Positions 15,902-26,200 of a stretch of 37,679 nt of DNA are shown in pieces. The stretch's first letter is position 1. The number at the start of each line of letters is the position of its first letter. This DNA is from Euryarchaeota archaeon UBA242. GTDB taxonomy: Archaea > Thermoplasmatota > Poseidoniia > Poseidoniales > Poseidoniaceae. The notes under the pieces are model-generated. The model was not told the DNA's origin. It made no database searches and was given only the letters and a program-made list of their open reading frames with translations. The stretch covers positions 10,768-48,446 of the forward strand of contig DAJY01000100.1 in assembly GCA_002499015.1 (NCBI GenBank). Reading direction: 5' to 3'. The position numbers and the translations under genes were made by a program.

Positions 15902-17419
15902 TTAATCAATGGTGTCTGCAGATTCATCATTTTGCTCACTATCCACATTTTTGGCCCCGCCCCATTTAGGGATATCCCTAGATGATGCCGAACCACTGAA
16001 TCTAGTGCTCATTTTTCGCATGACTAAAAGTCCCGATATCAATGTTGTAAATCCGATAATTCCTATGACTATCAAGGAATTATTACCTGCAATCGTTTCT
16101 TCTTCAACAAAAACTGTAAAATTAATTTGTGATTCCGCTCCATCATCATCAGTCACTACTAGTTTTACCTCTTTATGTCCTGAAAATGAATAGTCGGTTT
16201 GAGTAAATATAGAGTTTCCACTCAATATAGCATTTCCATCTATGTACCACACATACTGCAGAGTTTGTATATCATCCAATGTATCTGAACTTGCAGAGCC
16301 GTCTAACACCCAATTATCTGAATTTGCAGGAGTTAACAAACTACCATTGTGAACTTCAAAACCATCCAATGTAAGGTGTGCTTGAGGGGCGCTGTTGGAT
16401 ACAATGAATGAATGATTAGTGGTAACGAAATGACCTCCTATATCCCTTACAAGTAAATTAATAGTCCACTTTCCTGAAAGTTTTGGAATTAAATTCAATG
16501 AATACTCATCTTGAAATTCTTCATTTGTAGGACTGCGTACCTTGCCATCTGGTGAATGAATAGTCCAAACGATATGTTCACTCGAACCACTATAGCCATC
16601 ATCGATAAAGGCTGAAATGAAGATTGTTTGCGATTCTATGACCTGCTCTAAGCCACTCAGATTTACTATTGGAGCATGGGTGTCAAGAACTATTGCTAGA
16701 GTTTTAGTGTTTGAATTCAATAATAAGGCATCAGTAATATAAAATTGCAACTGATAGATTCCATCATCAATTGCCATTTCCAATGGGTCTAACGTAATTG
16801 TGACTTTACCATTATTATCAGATTGATTGAATGTTATTGGCTGAGATTCCTCAAAGCAAACCCCATGAGGTGCTTCGCAGATAGTGGAAAAAACTGTAAC
16901 CCCGGAGTTGTTGATACCTGGTGTAACATATTCTATTTCTATTGATACTGGCTCTTCAACGACTATTGTCGTCGCATATTTAATATCTAATATCATTGGT
17001 CTATGCTCTGAGACTCCAAGATAAACAATGATCGATTTTGTCATTGGATCTAGTCCATTTGGAATTGAAACCGTAATTAAACAGGTGCAATCAATTTCTG
17101 TGATATCAATCTCAAGTGTCCAATTCCACATGTTTTCAGATACTGGAACAACATCACTAAAGTGGGAACCTGAATCTTCAAGACTCCAGCCCGATATTCC
17201 GTCACCTACATTCCATAGTTCCCATGTTGCTTCACTTGGAGCAAGTGTAGTTGTTCCAGTAAGCAGTATATTTTCGGTGAAATGAGTACCATCATCTTGC
17301 AGGATAACTAAATTGTAAGTATCTTCTTCAAGATGATGTGCAGAGACAACCATGGCAAGAGTCGAAATTCCAAACAGGAGAAATACTAAGCTGGTTGCAA
17401 TCGAACGACTCTCCTCCAT
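15902..17419 (-). CDS. Type I membrane-anchored surface protein with a PKD-like domain
   Basis: A signal peptide follows ATG 17419 (MEESRSIATSLVFLLFGISTLAMVVSA). The body is beta-rich and Ig-like, with a PKD-type segment LQYVWYIDG...GHKEVKLVVTDDDGAES (about 16100-16340). A C-terminal TM helix LIVIGIIGFTTLISGLLVM is followed by a short acidic tail. The ORF track starts at GTG 17458. Confidence 0.7.
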   Translation of the reverse strand: MEESRSIATSLVFLLFGISTLAMVVSAHHLEEDTYNLVILQDDGTHFTENILLTGTTTLAPSEATWELWNVGDGISGWSLEDSGSHFSDVVPVSENMWNWTLEIDITEIDCTCLITVSIPNGLDPMTKSIIVYLGVSEHRPMILDIKYATTIVVEEPVSIEIEYVTPGINNSGVTVFSTICEAPHGVCFEESQPITFNQSDNNGKVTITLDPLEMAIDDGIYQLQFYITDALLLNSNTKTLAIVLDTHAPIVNLSGLEQVIESQTIFISAFIDDGYSGSSEHIVWTIHSPDGKVRSPTNEEFQDEYSLNLIPKLSGKWTINLLVRDIGGHFVTTNHSFIVSNSAPQAHLTLDGFEVHNGSLLTPANSDNWVLDGSASSDTLDDIQTLQYVWYIDGNAILSGNSIFTQTDYSFSGHKEVKLVVTDDDGAESQINFTVFVEEETIAGNNSLIVIGIIGFTTLISGLLVMRKMSTRFSGSASSRDIPKWGGAKNVDSEQNDESADTID

Positions 17420-17483
17420 GCATATACGTGTAATGCCATTAGGCATCAAGTTTAGCACACAATGCTTAACTTTTCAATGATTC

Positions 17484-20400
17484 TCATTCATCGAATGGAT
17501 TGCACAACTCACCCTGACCAGGATATGAAAGAGGACTTCGTGGATTTGTATCCCACTTATATTCACAGAAGTTCACATGGCCATCACCGTCAGTGTCTAC
17601 CATTCTATCAGCAGCATCTTCAGGATCAAACTTGAAATGGTATTCCCATCCAGTTGCCATACCATCATTATCGTGGTCTTGGTAATAAACCTCAGGTCCA
17701 TCATTCCACTGGTCACCATCTGTATCATTTGAAACAGGATTGGTCATATTCTGCATTTCCTCAAGGTTAGTATAATTCTCTAAGTTATCATAGAATTTAT
17801 TTCCATCTGGAGTGTCAGGGTCAATATGACAATCTGAGTTAGTAGTATCATTGTAACCAGGACAGTATTTCTTAATCAATCCAGAACGATTCAAACCGTC
17901 GTGGTCAGGGTCTTCATCACCATCCCATATGCCATCTAGGTCACTGTCTGGCATAGAAGGGTCCATCACACCACGTGCACCGTAAACGCTGGTCGTTGAA
18001 TTATCGGTTAGACCTAGTTCAAGAGCTACTTCTGAGTAATGTACTTCCCATCCATCTGGAAGTTGATCTCCATCGGTATCATCGTCAACAGGATTTGTAT
18101 TCCACCTATCTGGTGCCTCAGCACTATTAGGTAAAGTGTCATTATCAACATCGAAAGTATCATCTTTCAATGAATCTAACGATGGGTCTAGTGCCCATCT
18201 ACCCGAACAACCACCACAATTGGAATTAGATGGCATTGAGAATCCGGTTAGATTCATTTCCGATACTTCGTACTTGGCTGTTTGAACGAATCCTCCAAGC
18301 CAATTTTGCCAAACATATCCACCAGCACCCATAGAACAATCATCATTTTGAGTAGGTGTACAACTTGGTCTCTGCCAAGATGATGTTGCAACCCATAGAG
18401 AATGGGAATTAGTATTATCTTCAGTTGATTTAACTTGCATTTCCCAACCATCGAGCATTCCATCAGAATCTGTATCATTAATCAATGGATTTGTAGGATT
18501 CTGGAATGGCCTTGGAATAAATAGTACCTCATGCCCATCGATTAGGCCATCTGCGTCAGTGTCCGAATTATTTGCGTGGGTCAAGAAGTTATCAGCACCT
18601 GCAATGACTTCCTCTCCATCTTCAAGACCGTCATTATCAGTATCAAACATACATGGGCTTGTGAAATATGATTCTCCTTCCCAAGAGAAACCAGCTAATG
18701 ACTCTGATTGATCTCCTAATCCATCACCATCAGTATCTGGGTTAGAGGCGTTAGAACCTTGGTTGCAAATTGTTGCAAACTCCTCATAGTCGCTCAATCC
18801 ATCTGCATCTGTGTCATACAAACCAGGGTCAGAAGTAACCCAAGTTCTCTTCACACCATGATTGACAACAAGTATTTCCCAACCCATTACTTCTATTCCA
18901 TCAATTAATCCATCACCATCAGTATCCGGATTCAACGGGTTTGTAGAGCGTCCATCAATAATGCCATCTCCATCCCTATCTCTAGCGTTATATTCCATAA
19001 CATTAGTGAATTGCTCTTCTGGTTCTACGATTTCAAGCCATACATAGAGTCTTGATTCAATAGTTTGTCCTAGGACAACATGGATTTCATAGACATAACC
19101 ATCAACGGGTGCTGTAAGAGGAATTGTTTGTTTATTTCCACCACCAAGAGTAATTTGAGCACGTGCAACTGTTTGGTTAGCGACTACCCATTGGTCTTTT
19201 TGTACATCAATTCCAATAACTACTGCTGTAAGTTCCAATGTGTCATAACGTACTGCTCCATCTCCGTCAGCGTCCCATCCATCATGGTCTGGGTCAAGGT
19301 CCCCGTTAGAACCATCTCTAGGGTGAAGTCCATTAGATGACTCCCAGCCATCAGGCATTCCGTCAAGGTCAGTATCAACTCTCCAAGGAGATGTGAAATT
19401 TGATGGTCCGAAAATAAGTGCAACTTCATATTCCTCAAGATTATTCATTCCATCTTCGTCCCAGTCACCATATCCATCAGAGGCATTGGAAGGGTCAAGT
19501 GTTTCATAATCATTGTTCTGAGGGTGCTCTGCTTGATGAGAATAACAATACTCAAACCCATCAGGCATTCCATCACCATCAGTGTCCCAATCGGAAGGGC
19601 CATTGTTCATTCCATCATTATCCATGTCTTGTAAGAACCATGCTCTTTCCATTGCCATGAATGGTGCTGCTCTGTTAATTGATTCTAAGAGTGGAACATT
19701 ACAATCCTCACCAGTTCCTTTGAACAAGGAAACTGATTTATTAGAAACTTCAACGATATCATCTATCATATCCATATCTGAATCTCTTGAAGTTGGATTT
19801 GTTCCAAATTGTTCTTCCTCGAAATTTGCCAGACCATCATCATCTGTATCCAGGACCCTATCACAGGAATGTGTTCCTGCAGGATTTGCTAAATCATCCC
19901 AATTAGCATTACCATTTTCTCCATTAAATCTCTCTGAGAGAGCATCGGTCATAGCTGGGTCTAAAAGTAGACAATCCCAGTTCCCAGATAACGGGTCAAA
20001 TAAATCAACAGTTCCACCAGGGGTTTGAACTGTTGTAGTGTAAAGTGATTCCCAGCGGTCGCCAAGTCCATCATTGTCCGAATCAGACATCTGTGGGTCT
20101 GTTCCTAAATCTGCTTCTTCTTGATTGGTCAAACCATCTCCATCTGGGTCACCGTTTGGACCTTGATTTGGATCTGGCCAAGATTCTGTTTCGTTCTTTT
20201 CAGATGCATCTTCGGTATCCGCTTGACCTGGTTCTGTTTCCAAGTCCTCAGATTCACCATTATCCAGTGGGTTCAGGCCGTGCTCTACTTCCCAACCATC
20301 ACTCATTCCATCTTTATCAGTGTCTTCATCGAAAGGATCTGTGCCGTATTGAGTCTCTTCTAGAGAATCCGCAAGCCCATCACCATCTGAATCCAAAGCA

Positions 20401-20585
20401 TCTGAACTAGTCGTGCCTTTTCCATACAAATCCTCTTCTACTGCACTATCGAATTGACCGATAGATTCGCTGGTTTGATAGTATCCGGAGACGCCAACAA
20501 AAAGGGAACCAAAAATTAGAGTTGAAACGATTGCTACATAGGCCATTTGGTTGTGAGTTAGAGACATTAGAAACACCTTGCACAT
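17484..20585 (-). CDS. Very large secreted, highly acidic protein made of thrombospondin type 3 / calcium-binding repeats
   Basis: An N-terminal hydrophobic segment MAYVAIVSTLIFGSLFVGVSG is followed by dozens of DxDxDGxxDxxE motifs (DSDGDGLADSLEE, DTDKDGMSDGWE, DPDGDGLTNQEE, DTDGDGMPDGFE and others). No C-terminal anchor is visible. Confidence 0.8.
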   Translation of the reverse strand: MCKVFLMSLTHNQMAYVAIVSTLIFGSLFVGVSGYYQTSESIGQFDSAVEEDLYGKGTTSSDALDSDGDGLADSLEETQYGTDPFDEDTDKDGMSDGWEVEHGLNPLDNGESEDLETEPGQADTEDASEKNETESWPDPNQGPNGDPDGDGLTNQEEADLGTDPQMSDSDNDGLGDRWESLYTTTVQTPGGTVDLFDPLSGNWDCLLLDPAMTDALSERFNGENGNANWDDLANPAGTHSCDRVLDTDDDGLANFEEEQFGTNPTSRDSDMDMIDDIVEVSNKSVSLFKGTGEDCNVPLLESINRAAPFMAMERAWFLQDMDNDGMNNGPSDWDTDGDGMPDGFEYCYSHQAEHPQNNDYETLDPSNASDGYGDWDEDGMNNLEEYEVALIFGPSNFTSPWRVDTDLDGMPDGWESSNGLHPRDGSNGDLDPDHDGWDADGDGAVRYDTLELTAVVIGIDVQKDQWVVANQTVARAQITLGGGNKQTIPLTAPVDGYVYEIHVVLGQTIESRLYVWLEIVEPEEQFTNVMEYNARDRDGDGIIDGRSTNPLNPDTDGDGLIDGIEVMGWEILVVNHGVKRTWVTSDPGLYDTDADGLSDYEEFATICNQGSNASNPDTDGDGLGDQSESLAGFSWEGESYFTSPCMFDTDNDGLEDGEEVIAGADNFLTHANNSDTDADGLIDGHEVLFIPRPFQNPTNPLINDTDSDGMLDGWEMQVKSTEDNTNSHSLWVATSSWQRPSCTPTQNDDCSMGAGGYVWQNWLGGFVQTAKYEVSEMNLTGFSMPSNSNCGGCSGRWALDPSLDSLKDDTFDVDNDTLPNSAEAPDRWNTNPVDDDTDGDQLPDGWEVHYSEVALELGLTDNSTTSVYGARGVMDPSMPDSDLDGIWDGDEDPDHDGLNRSGLIKKYCPGYNDTTNSDCHIDPDTPDGNKFYDNLENYTNLEEMQNMTNPVSNDTDGDQWNDGPEVYYQDHDNDGMATGWEYHFKFDPEDAADRMVDTDGDGHVNFCEYKWDTNPRSPLSYPGQGELCNPFDE

Positions 20586-20735
20586 ACGTACAAAATCCTC
20601 GACTCTATGTATCGGTTATAGACCTTAACTATGGATGGGCACAAAAATGCTCATAGAGAACTAGATTTTAATGAGATATATTAGACAAATTATAGCCAAA
20701 AAAGCGATTAATGCTGCTATTTTAACGAAATGAGA

Positions 20736-21812
20736 CTAAACATACTCTAACTTTGAACTTATCTTGACGAAACATTGCTTTTCAGAGAAAATAATGTCCA
20801 TTTTAGCAATTTTGCCATGAGCTCTTTGCCAAAATGCCATCAATGCTCCAACTGAAAATGGAAGAGTTGGCGAGTGATTAAATGAAAATTCAACCCCCCC
20901 ATTTTCATTGATTGATGATACTTCAGTAGGACAAATAAAACCAAACTTTCCTAAAAGATGCTGGCACTTATCAATCCACTCGGAATCTGAAAGAATGTAT
21001 ATTGGTCGCTCGCTTTGTTCAATTACATTAGCCATTGAAAATACAGTACAAAGAAATGTTGATATTTCTGCATCATTTAGTCCAACAAAAGTCACAGACT
21101 GAGATAGTTCGTCACCTATATTCAATGTTCTTGACTGTGTATTGTATAGCAATCGAGTCAATATATTGGCTGGAATAAAAACCATTCTTTCACCTTCATA
21201 ATCCCACCCGCCATTTTTCCTGACCACTTGAAAGTCGCCAACTTCAAGCAGCGGAGAATAATTAAAATGGCAATCCTTTGTCCAAGTAAATTCACTAACT
21301 TTCTTTGAAGGAGAAATATCGCGAGATTCTTCTTTTAGATTTAGAATTATTAATTCGGAATTTGGCTGAGTCCAAGAAACCTTGAACCTACTATCCCTGC
21401 AATACTCAATAGCAGCCAAAGCAACTCCTACAGTAAAAGGAGCTATCGTTCGAGTCAATATTTGCTCATCATCTATTTGCAATTCACCCCATCCATATTG
21501 TAGCCATCTAGATGCAATTACCCTTTTCCTGCGAGATTTCTTGAAAAAGCCACCTACATTGAATTGATTATTATTAATTATATGAAACTCTTCTTCATCG
21601 GTTGCTGCGTTTACCAGTTTCCTTCCCATCGGAACACCTATTATTTTTTCAAAATGAATCCACCAAGATTCAAATTCCATGGCCTTCCATAACAGAAGAT
21701 GATTGCCATCTGAATCAAATATATGCCCATTCAAATCTTTCTTGAGTATACTCTCAAGTGCTTTACTCAATTCATAATCAATGGGTTCATCTTCACCATC
21801 GACTAAGGGCAT
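20736..21812 (-). CDS. Hypothetical protein with two V4R/XylR-A-domain-like modules (tentative)
   Basis: ATG 21812 has AGGGGG 6 nt upstream. The ORF track start at 21890 would overlap the glyA 3' end by 32 nt. The two halves share a pattern:
- ...LLLWKAMEFESWW...WLQYGWGELQID...PFTVGVALAAIEY...LIILNL
- ...GERMVFIPANILTRLL...LGKFGFICP...ENGGVEFSFNHS..FSVGALMAFWQRAHGK...SEKQCFVKIS

This pattern is reminiscent of 4-vinyl-reductase (V4R) ligand-binding domains. Confidence 0.55.
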   Translation of the reverse strand: MPLVDGEDEPIDYELSKALESILKKDLNGHIFDSDGNHLLLWKAMEFESWWIHFEKIIGVPMGRKLVNAATDEEEFHIINNNQFNVGGFFKKSRRKRVIASRWLQYGWGELQIDDEQILTRTIAPFTVGVALAAIEYCRDSRFKVSWTQPNSELIILNLKEESRDISPSKKVSEFTWTKDCHFNYSPLLEVGDFQVVRKNGGWDYEGERMVFIPANILTRLLYNTQSRTLNIGDELSQSVTFVGLNDAEISTFLCTVFSMANVIEQSERPIYILSDSEWIDKCQHLLGKFGFICPTEVSSINENGGVEFSFNHSPTLPFSVGALMAFWQRAHGKIAKMDIIFSEKQCFVKISSKLEYV

Positions 21813-21858
21813 AACTACCCCCTTATCAAAATCTTCTTTGACTGTTACTATGTGATGT

Positions 21859-23172
21859 TCAAAATGGGTAACCATTGAGATTATCCTCATTGAAGCAATA
21901 ACGAATCGTTTGGAACTGTGATTTTAATTGTTTCACATCCTTCTTGACGCTTTGTGTATCTTCACCTTTGATCAGTACTCTTGCGTAAAGTGCTGCGACC
22001 TCTTCCATTTGGGTTTGGTCCATGCCAACACGAGTTAATTCTTGTACACCAAGTCTCAAACCGGATGGAGATAGCGCTTTTGTATCTCCGGGTAGCATAT
22101 TCATGTTGGTAATAATTCCTGCTTCTTCTAGTAATCTCGCAGCCTTTGCGCCAGCGCCTGAATCTAGATCACCATGGCGCGTCAAAACTTGATGAGTAGC
22201 CGTATATCCTCTGGATTCAGCCAATACATCAAAACCTTCAGAAGCCAATGCAGATGCGAATGCTTTTGCATTTGCCACTGTATCTTGTGCATAGGCTTGC
22301 CCATATTCTTCAAATTCTGCCAATGCAACTACCTTTCCAGCTACATGATGAAGATGGTATGAAGAACATACGCCAGGGAATATTGAATTATTCAACTTTC
22401 TATGGAACTTTTCATCCTCACTAGATGAGAGAAGAAATCCACCCTGAGGCCCTGGGAAGGTTTTGTGAGATGAACCTGTCATCACATCAGCCCCATCTTT
22501 CAGTGGATCAGGGAATACTCCACCAGCAATTAATCCCAATACATGCGCACCATCATACATTACTTTTGCACCAACTTCATGCGCAGCATCAGCAATTTCG
22601 GTCAATGGGGTAGGGAAAAGAAATACTGATTGGCCAATTAGTGCAACTTTAGGCTCAATATCTCTAATCAAATTACATGCACCATCTATATCCGGCTCCA
22701 TTCTTTCTTCATTCCAAGGATATGTTGACAAATTAAGGTCTCTAAGACCAACAGCACCCATCCTAGCATGAGATATATGGCCGCCATCTGCTGTCGAGAC
22801 TGCTGTGATTTTATCTCCTGGTTTTGCTAAGGCTTTCAGCGCACCGATGTTGGATACTGTTCCGGATGTGGATTGGATATTGGCAAATGGTGCATTGAAC
22901 ACTTTCTTAGCCAAATCGATACCAATCGATTCTATTGTATCAAAACCATCACAGCCTTGGTAATATCTCTTCCCCGGTAGGCCTTCTGCGTATCTCCCGT
23001 GCAGATCACTAGAAACGATTTTTTGGACCATCGGAGAAACAATATTCTCTGATGCAATCATGCCAAAACCTTCTCGGTATAAATTGCCGCTAGCCTGTGC
23101 TGCATCCATTACAGCCATTGCCTTACTCAAATTAGATTGTGAAGGAGACCATGCTCCTCTTCCCTCGGACAT
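21859..23172 (-). CDS. glyA: Serine hydroxymethyltransferase
   Basis: MIASENIVSP, RYAEGLPGKRYYQGC, and the PLP-lysine context TGSSHKTFPGPQGG. The length is 437 aa. Confidence 0.95.
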   Translation of the reverse strand: MSEGRGAWSPSQSNLSKAMAVMDAAQASGNLYREGFGMIASENIVSPMVQKIVSSDLHGRYAEGLPGKRYYQGCDGFDTIESIGIDLAKKVFNAPFANIQSTSGTVSNIGALKALAKPGDKITAVSTADGGHISHARMGAVGLRDLNLSTYPWNEERMEPDIDGACNLIRDIEPKVALIGQSVFLFPTPLTEIADAAHEVGAKVMYDGAHVLGLIAGGVFPDPLKDGADVMTGSSHKTFPGPQGGFLLSSSEDEKFHRKLNNSIFPGVCSSYHLHHVAGKVVALAEFEEYGQAYAQDTVANAKAFASALASEGFDVLAESRGYTATHQVLTRHGDLDSGAGAKAARLLEEAGIITNMNMLPGDTKALSPSGLRLGVQELTRVGMDQTQMEEVAALYARVLIKGEDTQSVKKDVKQLKSQFQTIRYCFNEDNLNGYPF

Positions 23173-23252
23173 ATTACATGGTTCTCGTGTACGGTCTTTG
23201 AATTAATGGATGAATTATTTTAATAAAATTGAGCGAGATGAAAATAATTTCA

Positions 23253-26200
23253 TCATAGGAATGCTACATCATCATCTGAATTATGTTCTGTATTTTTACG
23301 CTGTGGAACTATTCCTTCGGTCGGTTTTAAGGTACCAATTCTTGAAATAGGTTCACTAGAAAAACTATGTTTGGATTTGCGTTCAGAAATAATCGTGTTA
23401 GAAGGTATTTCTAATCGATTTAGATCAACCCTAGAAACTGGTTTAGGATTGCCGGAAACTCTCCCTCGGGGACGGGCAACCTTACCTTTCTTACGCTCAA
23501 TATATTGTTGCCTTCCGAGGTATGCTGCTGGCCCAATCAATCTCTCCAAAGCGGGTATTTCAGCGCCATCTTCTTTAGGTCTTTTCAACCACCAACCTTC
23601 GCCAAGAGGTTGCAATCTTGGTGGACGTGATTTATTAATAAGATTGGCTTGTCTTTTTAATTTGGACCTGACTACTTTTTCAGTATCTTTAGGGAGCCTT
23701 ACTGTCAACCAACCGGGCATACCGACATCCAAAACTACTCCATTAACAGTCACTAGGATGCCTGATAACAACAAATGAGTTCCGATAGGTAAATTCCCAA
23801 TTGCAGGAATTACTTTGTTCCTTTTCATTCTTTTTGCATATGCGACCATCGCTCGTTGATCACGATGACGTACAACTTTTCTTTGTTGCTTCGAAAAACG
23901 TCTGAAACCGAAATGGAAGAGTAACAATGCAATAACAACCGCCATACCTTGCGCCTCACCTCTAAGTGATGAAACATAAATCCCCGCAATTAACCATGAA
24001 GGAATCAATACAAAATAGTGCATGATAATATTTAGCACACCTGATGAATATCTAGGGGTCATTCCTCTTTTTACTGCTTCGTGACTAGCGATTAGAATAT
24101 TTGCATTAATCGCTTCATCCATACCACCCTTAATCGAAAGAGCAGCCACAGAATTGACTGGTGCTTCATTGATGAATTTCTTCATTTTATTCCTATCTGA
24201 ATTTACTAAGGCTACTTCTAATTCTTCCTCGTCTTGTGGCTGTCCTAGTATGAATGACAGCGCTAAAACTCTTGGGTCATGTGGGTCACTATCCAGTAAT
24301 TCAACCATTATTGAGCGTGCAGAATGCCAATCTCCTTTATCGACCAAACACAATGCTACTGCGATTCTTGGGCGTACTGAAACCGGTTCTTCTTTGACCA
24401 AATGAAGAGCAAGTTCTAGTGCATCATCATGCTGCCTTTGGGCTCTCAACAATGCGACAATAGATAATTGTGCCACGCGGAAAAGACGATCATTGTGAAC
24501 ATTGTTAGTAGGCGGGTTTGCTTTCCATCCACGGAGCATACCCATCAGCATTTGTAGATGATCGATACAGGAATTATTTTCCCAGTCCCAAATATCATCT
24601 TCGGTAACATTGCCATGCCAAGGGTCCATCCATTCACAAATAAATGCCAATAATTCGGGCTCATCATAGCCTTCTGGTTGCTGTAATCCGTGTAATGCCT
24701 CTCTTGCAGCATCCAGTCTTCTTGAAGCGATCTGGCCCGTGGCTACGATCATTCTTGCTTCATCATCGTTACCTCCAGATTGTGCCAAGACTTTTCTTGC
24801 TTCTTCAATAGCTGTTGGCCAAAGTCCTCTAATTGCCATCTCCCACATTTTAGCACGCGCTTTTTCGTGCCGCACAATTGCAGCATCTTCGCTAATAGAA
24901 CGCCTTTGGAATGCGATAAGTGAATCTAAATCTTCGCTACGGGCAGCAATTTCAACTGTCTGTCTCATCCAACCACCGCCTTCTAACTTTACTGCTCCTT
25001 CTCTTCTTTCAGCAGGATTTAAATCAAATCTCAAGTTACTAAGTTGGGAGAATTTAATGATTGATAATAACCAAGTTAAGAGGAAAATGGCTTGACCAAC
25101 AGCAATAAACATCCATGTAGTGAGAAGCCTCATTCCTTCATCAAATCCTTCAAATTCTAGCCAATCAGTAAACGGCATTAAGGCGCCGAATTCTTTGTAA
25201 CTTACCAATACCAATAGGAATACTGTGTATCCTGAAAATCCAGCAAATGCGAAAGTTAACTGTCTCGCTTGAGCAGATTTCTCGGTTCTGATTTCTCTAG
25301 GAGTGTCAAGAGTGACACCAAATAATCCTCCGAACGATTGACCACCTAAGACCAAGTTTCTAGTCAATTCAAAAATGAATGCTAATCCAACTATCGCAAT
25401 ATTCATCGTAAGATAAACGGATAAAAATTGTGGCATGGCTTTAATAAATTGCCAATGGAATAATAACTCTGAAATTAAATCAATTCTAACATAAATGGAA
25501 TGACCTATAATCCCGCCGTAATTCAAAACTTCAGTAGCATTACTCGGTTCATTTACTAGAATATAAAATACTGTAACTATTCCATTTAGCGCTGTAATTG
25601 GCATAGTAGCCAAAAATATAACTAAAACTAAGGAAAATAATCTAGAAACGAACCCTGCTTTATCTGGATCGATTGGATTTGGCCTACCATTAGCAGTTCT
25701 CCATTTATTGATAAGAAGCATATTCCAAGAAGCACCCATGATTCGGCCATAGGCAATAATTGTTGGCGCCATAAAAGTCAGCATAGCCGCAGCAAGCCAA
25801 ACAGGAGTGATTCGACCTTCTGTTTTAATTCCAAATAGTACAGTACCGATAGTGGCTGCAATTAGAAAAACTAATGTTAAAACACGACGAAATCCTCTGC
25901 GAAAAATGCGGCTTTTGATAGCGCTTTTTTTACGTTTCCCAATTAGTTGTGCATTGAGTGTCTCCCATGGCGAAATAATTACAGGTATTGCAATGAGGAT
26001 GCCTATCAAAAATAAATTGGGACCGTAGTAAACATCTGCATTAAACAATAATTCAGTGATCAGTAACAATACACCAGACATTCCCATCATGTACAAACCG
26101 ACACCAATGGAAACAGAGCGGTCTCTAAGTAGATTTCTTGCATCCGATAAACCATTGGTAATCCTGTGGACTTCGTATAGATCGTCATCAATCTCAAAAG

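Noticed and set aside
19418-20410. Long plus-strand ORFs (19418..19660, 19582..20028, 20045..20410, 20121..20363) antisense to the TSP3 gene, and the His-rich antisense ORF 11370..11705
   Set aside because: GAT/GAC/GAA-rich sense codons are stop-free on the opposite strand. The translations are low-complexity (His/Ser/Leu-rich) with no motifs, so they are artefacts of the repeat composition.
10931-20585. GAT-rich direct repeats as a possible CRISPR array or satellite
   Set aside because: All of them lie inside long ORFs encoding DxDxDG calcium-binding motifs. There is no repeat-spacer periodicity and no cas genes are present.
20586-20735. The 150-nt intergenic region upstream of the TSP3 gene as a possible tRNA or sRNA locus
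   Set aside because: It is very A/T-rich, with no cloverleaf-compatible stems and no conserved T-loop or D-loop sequences. It is more likely a promoter region.
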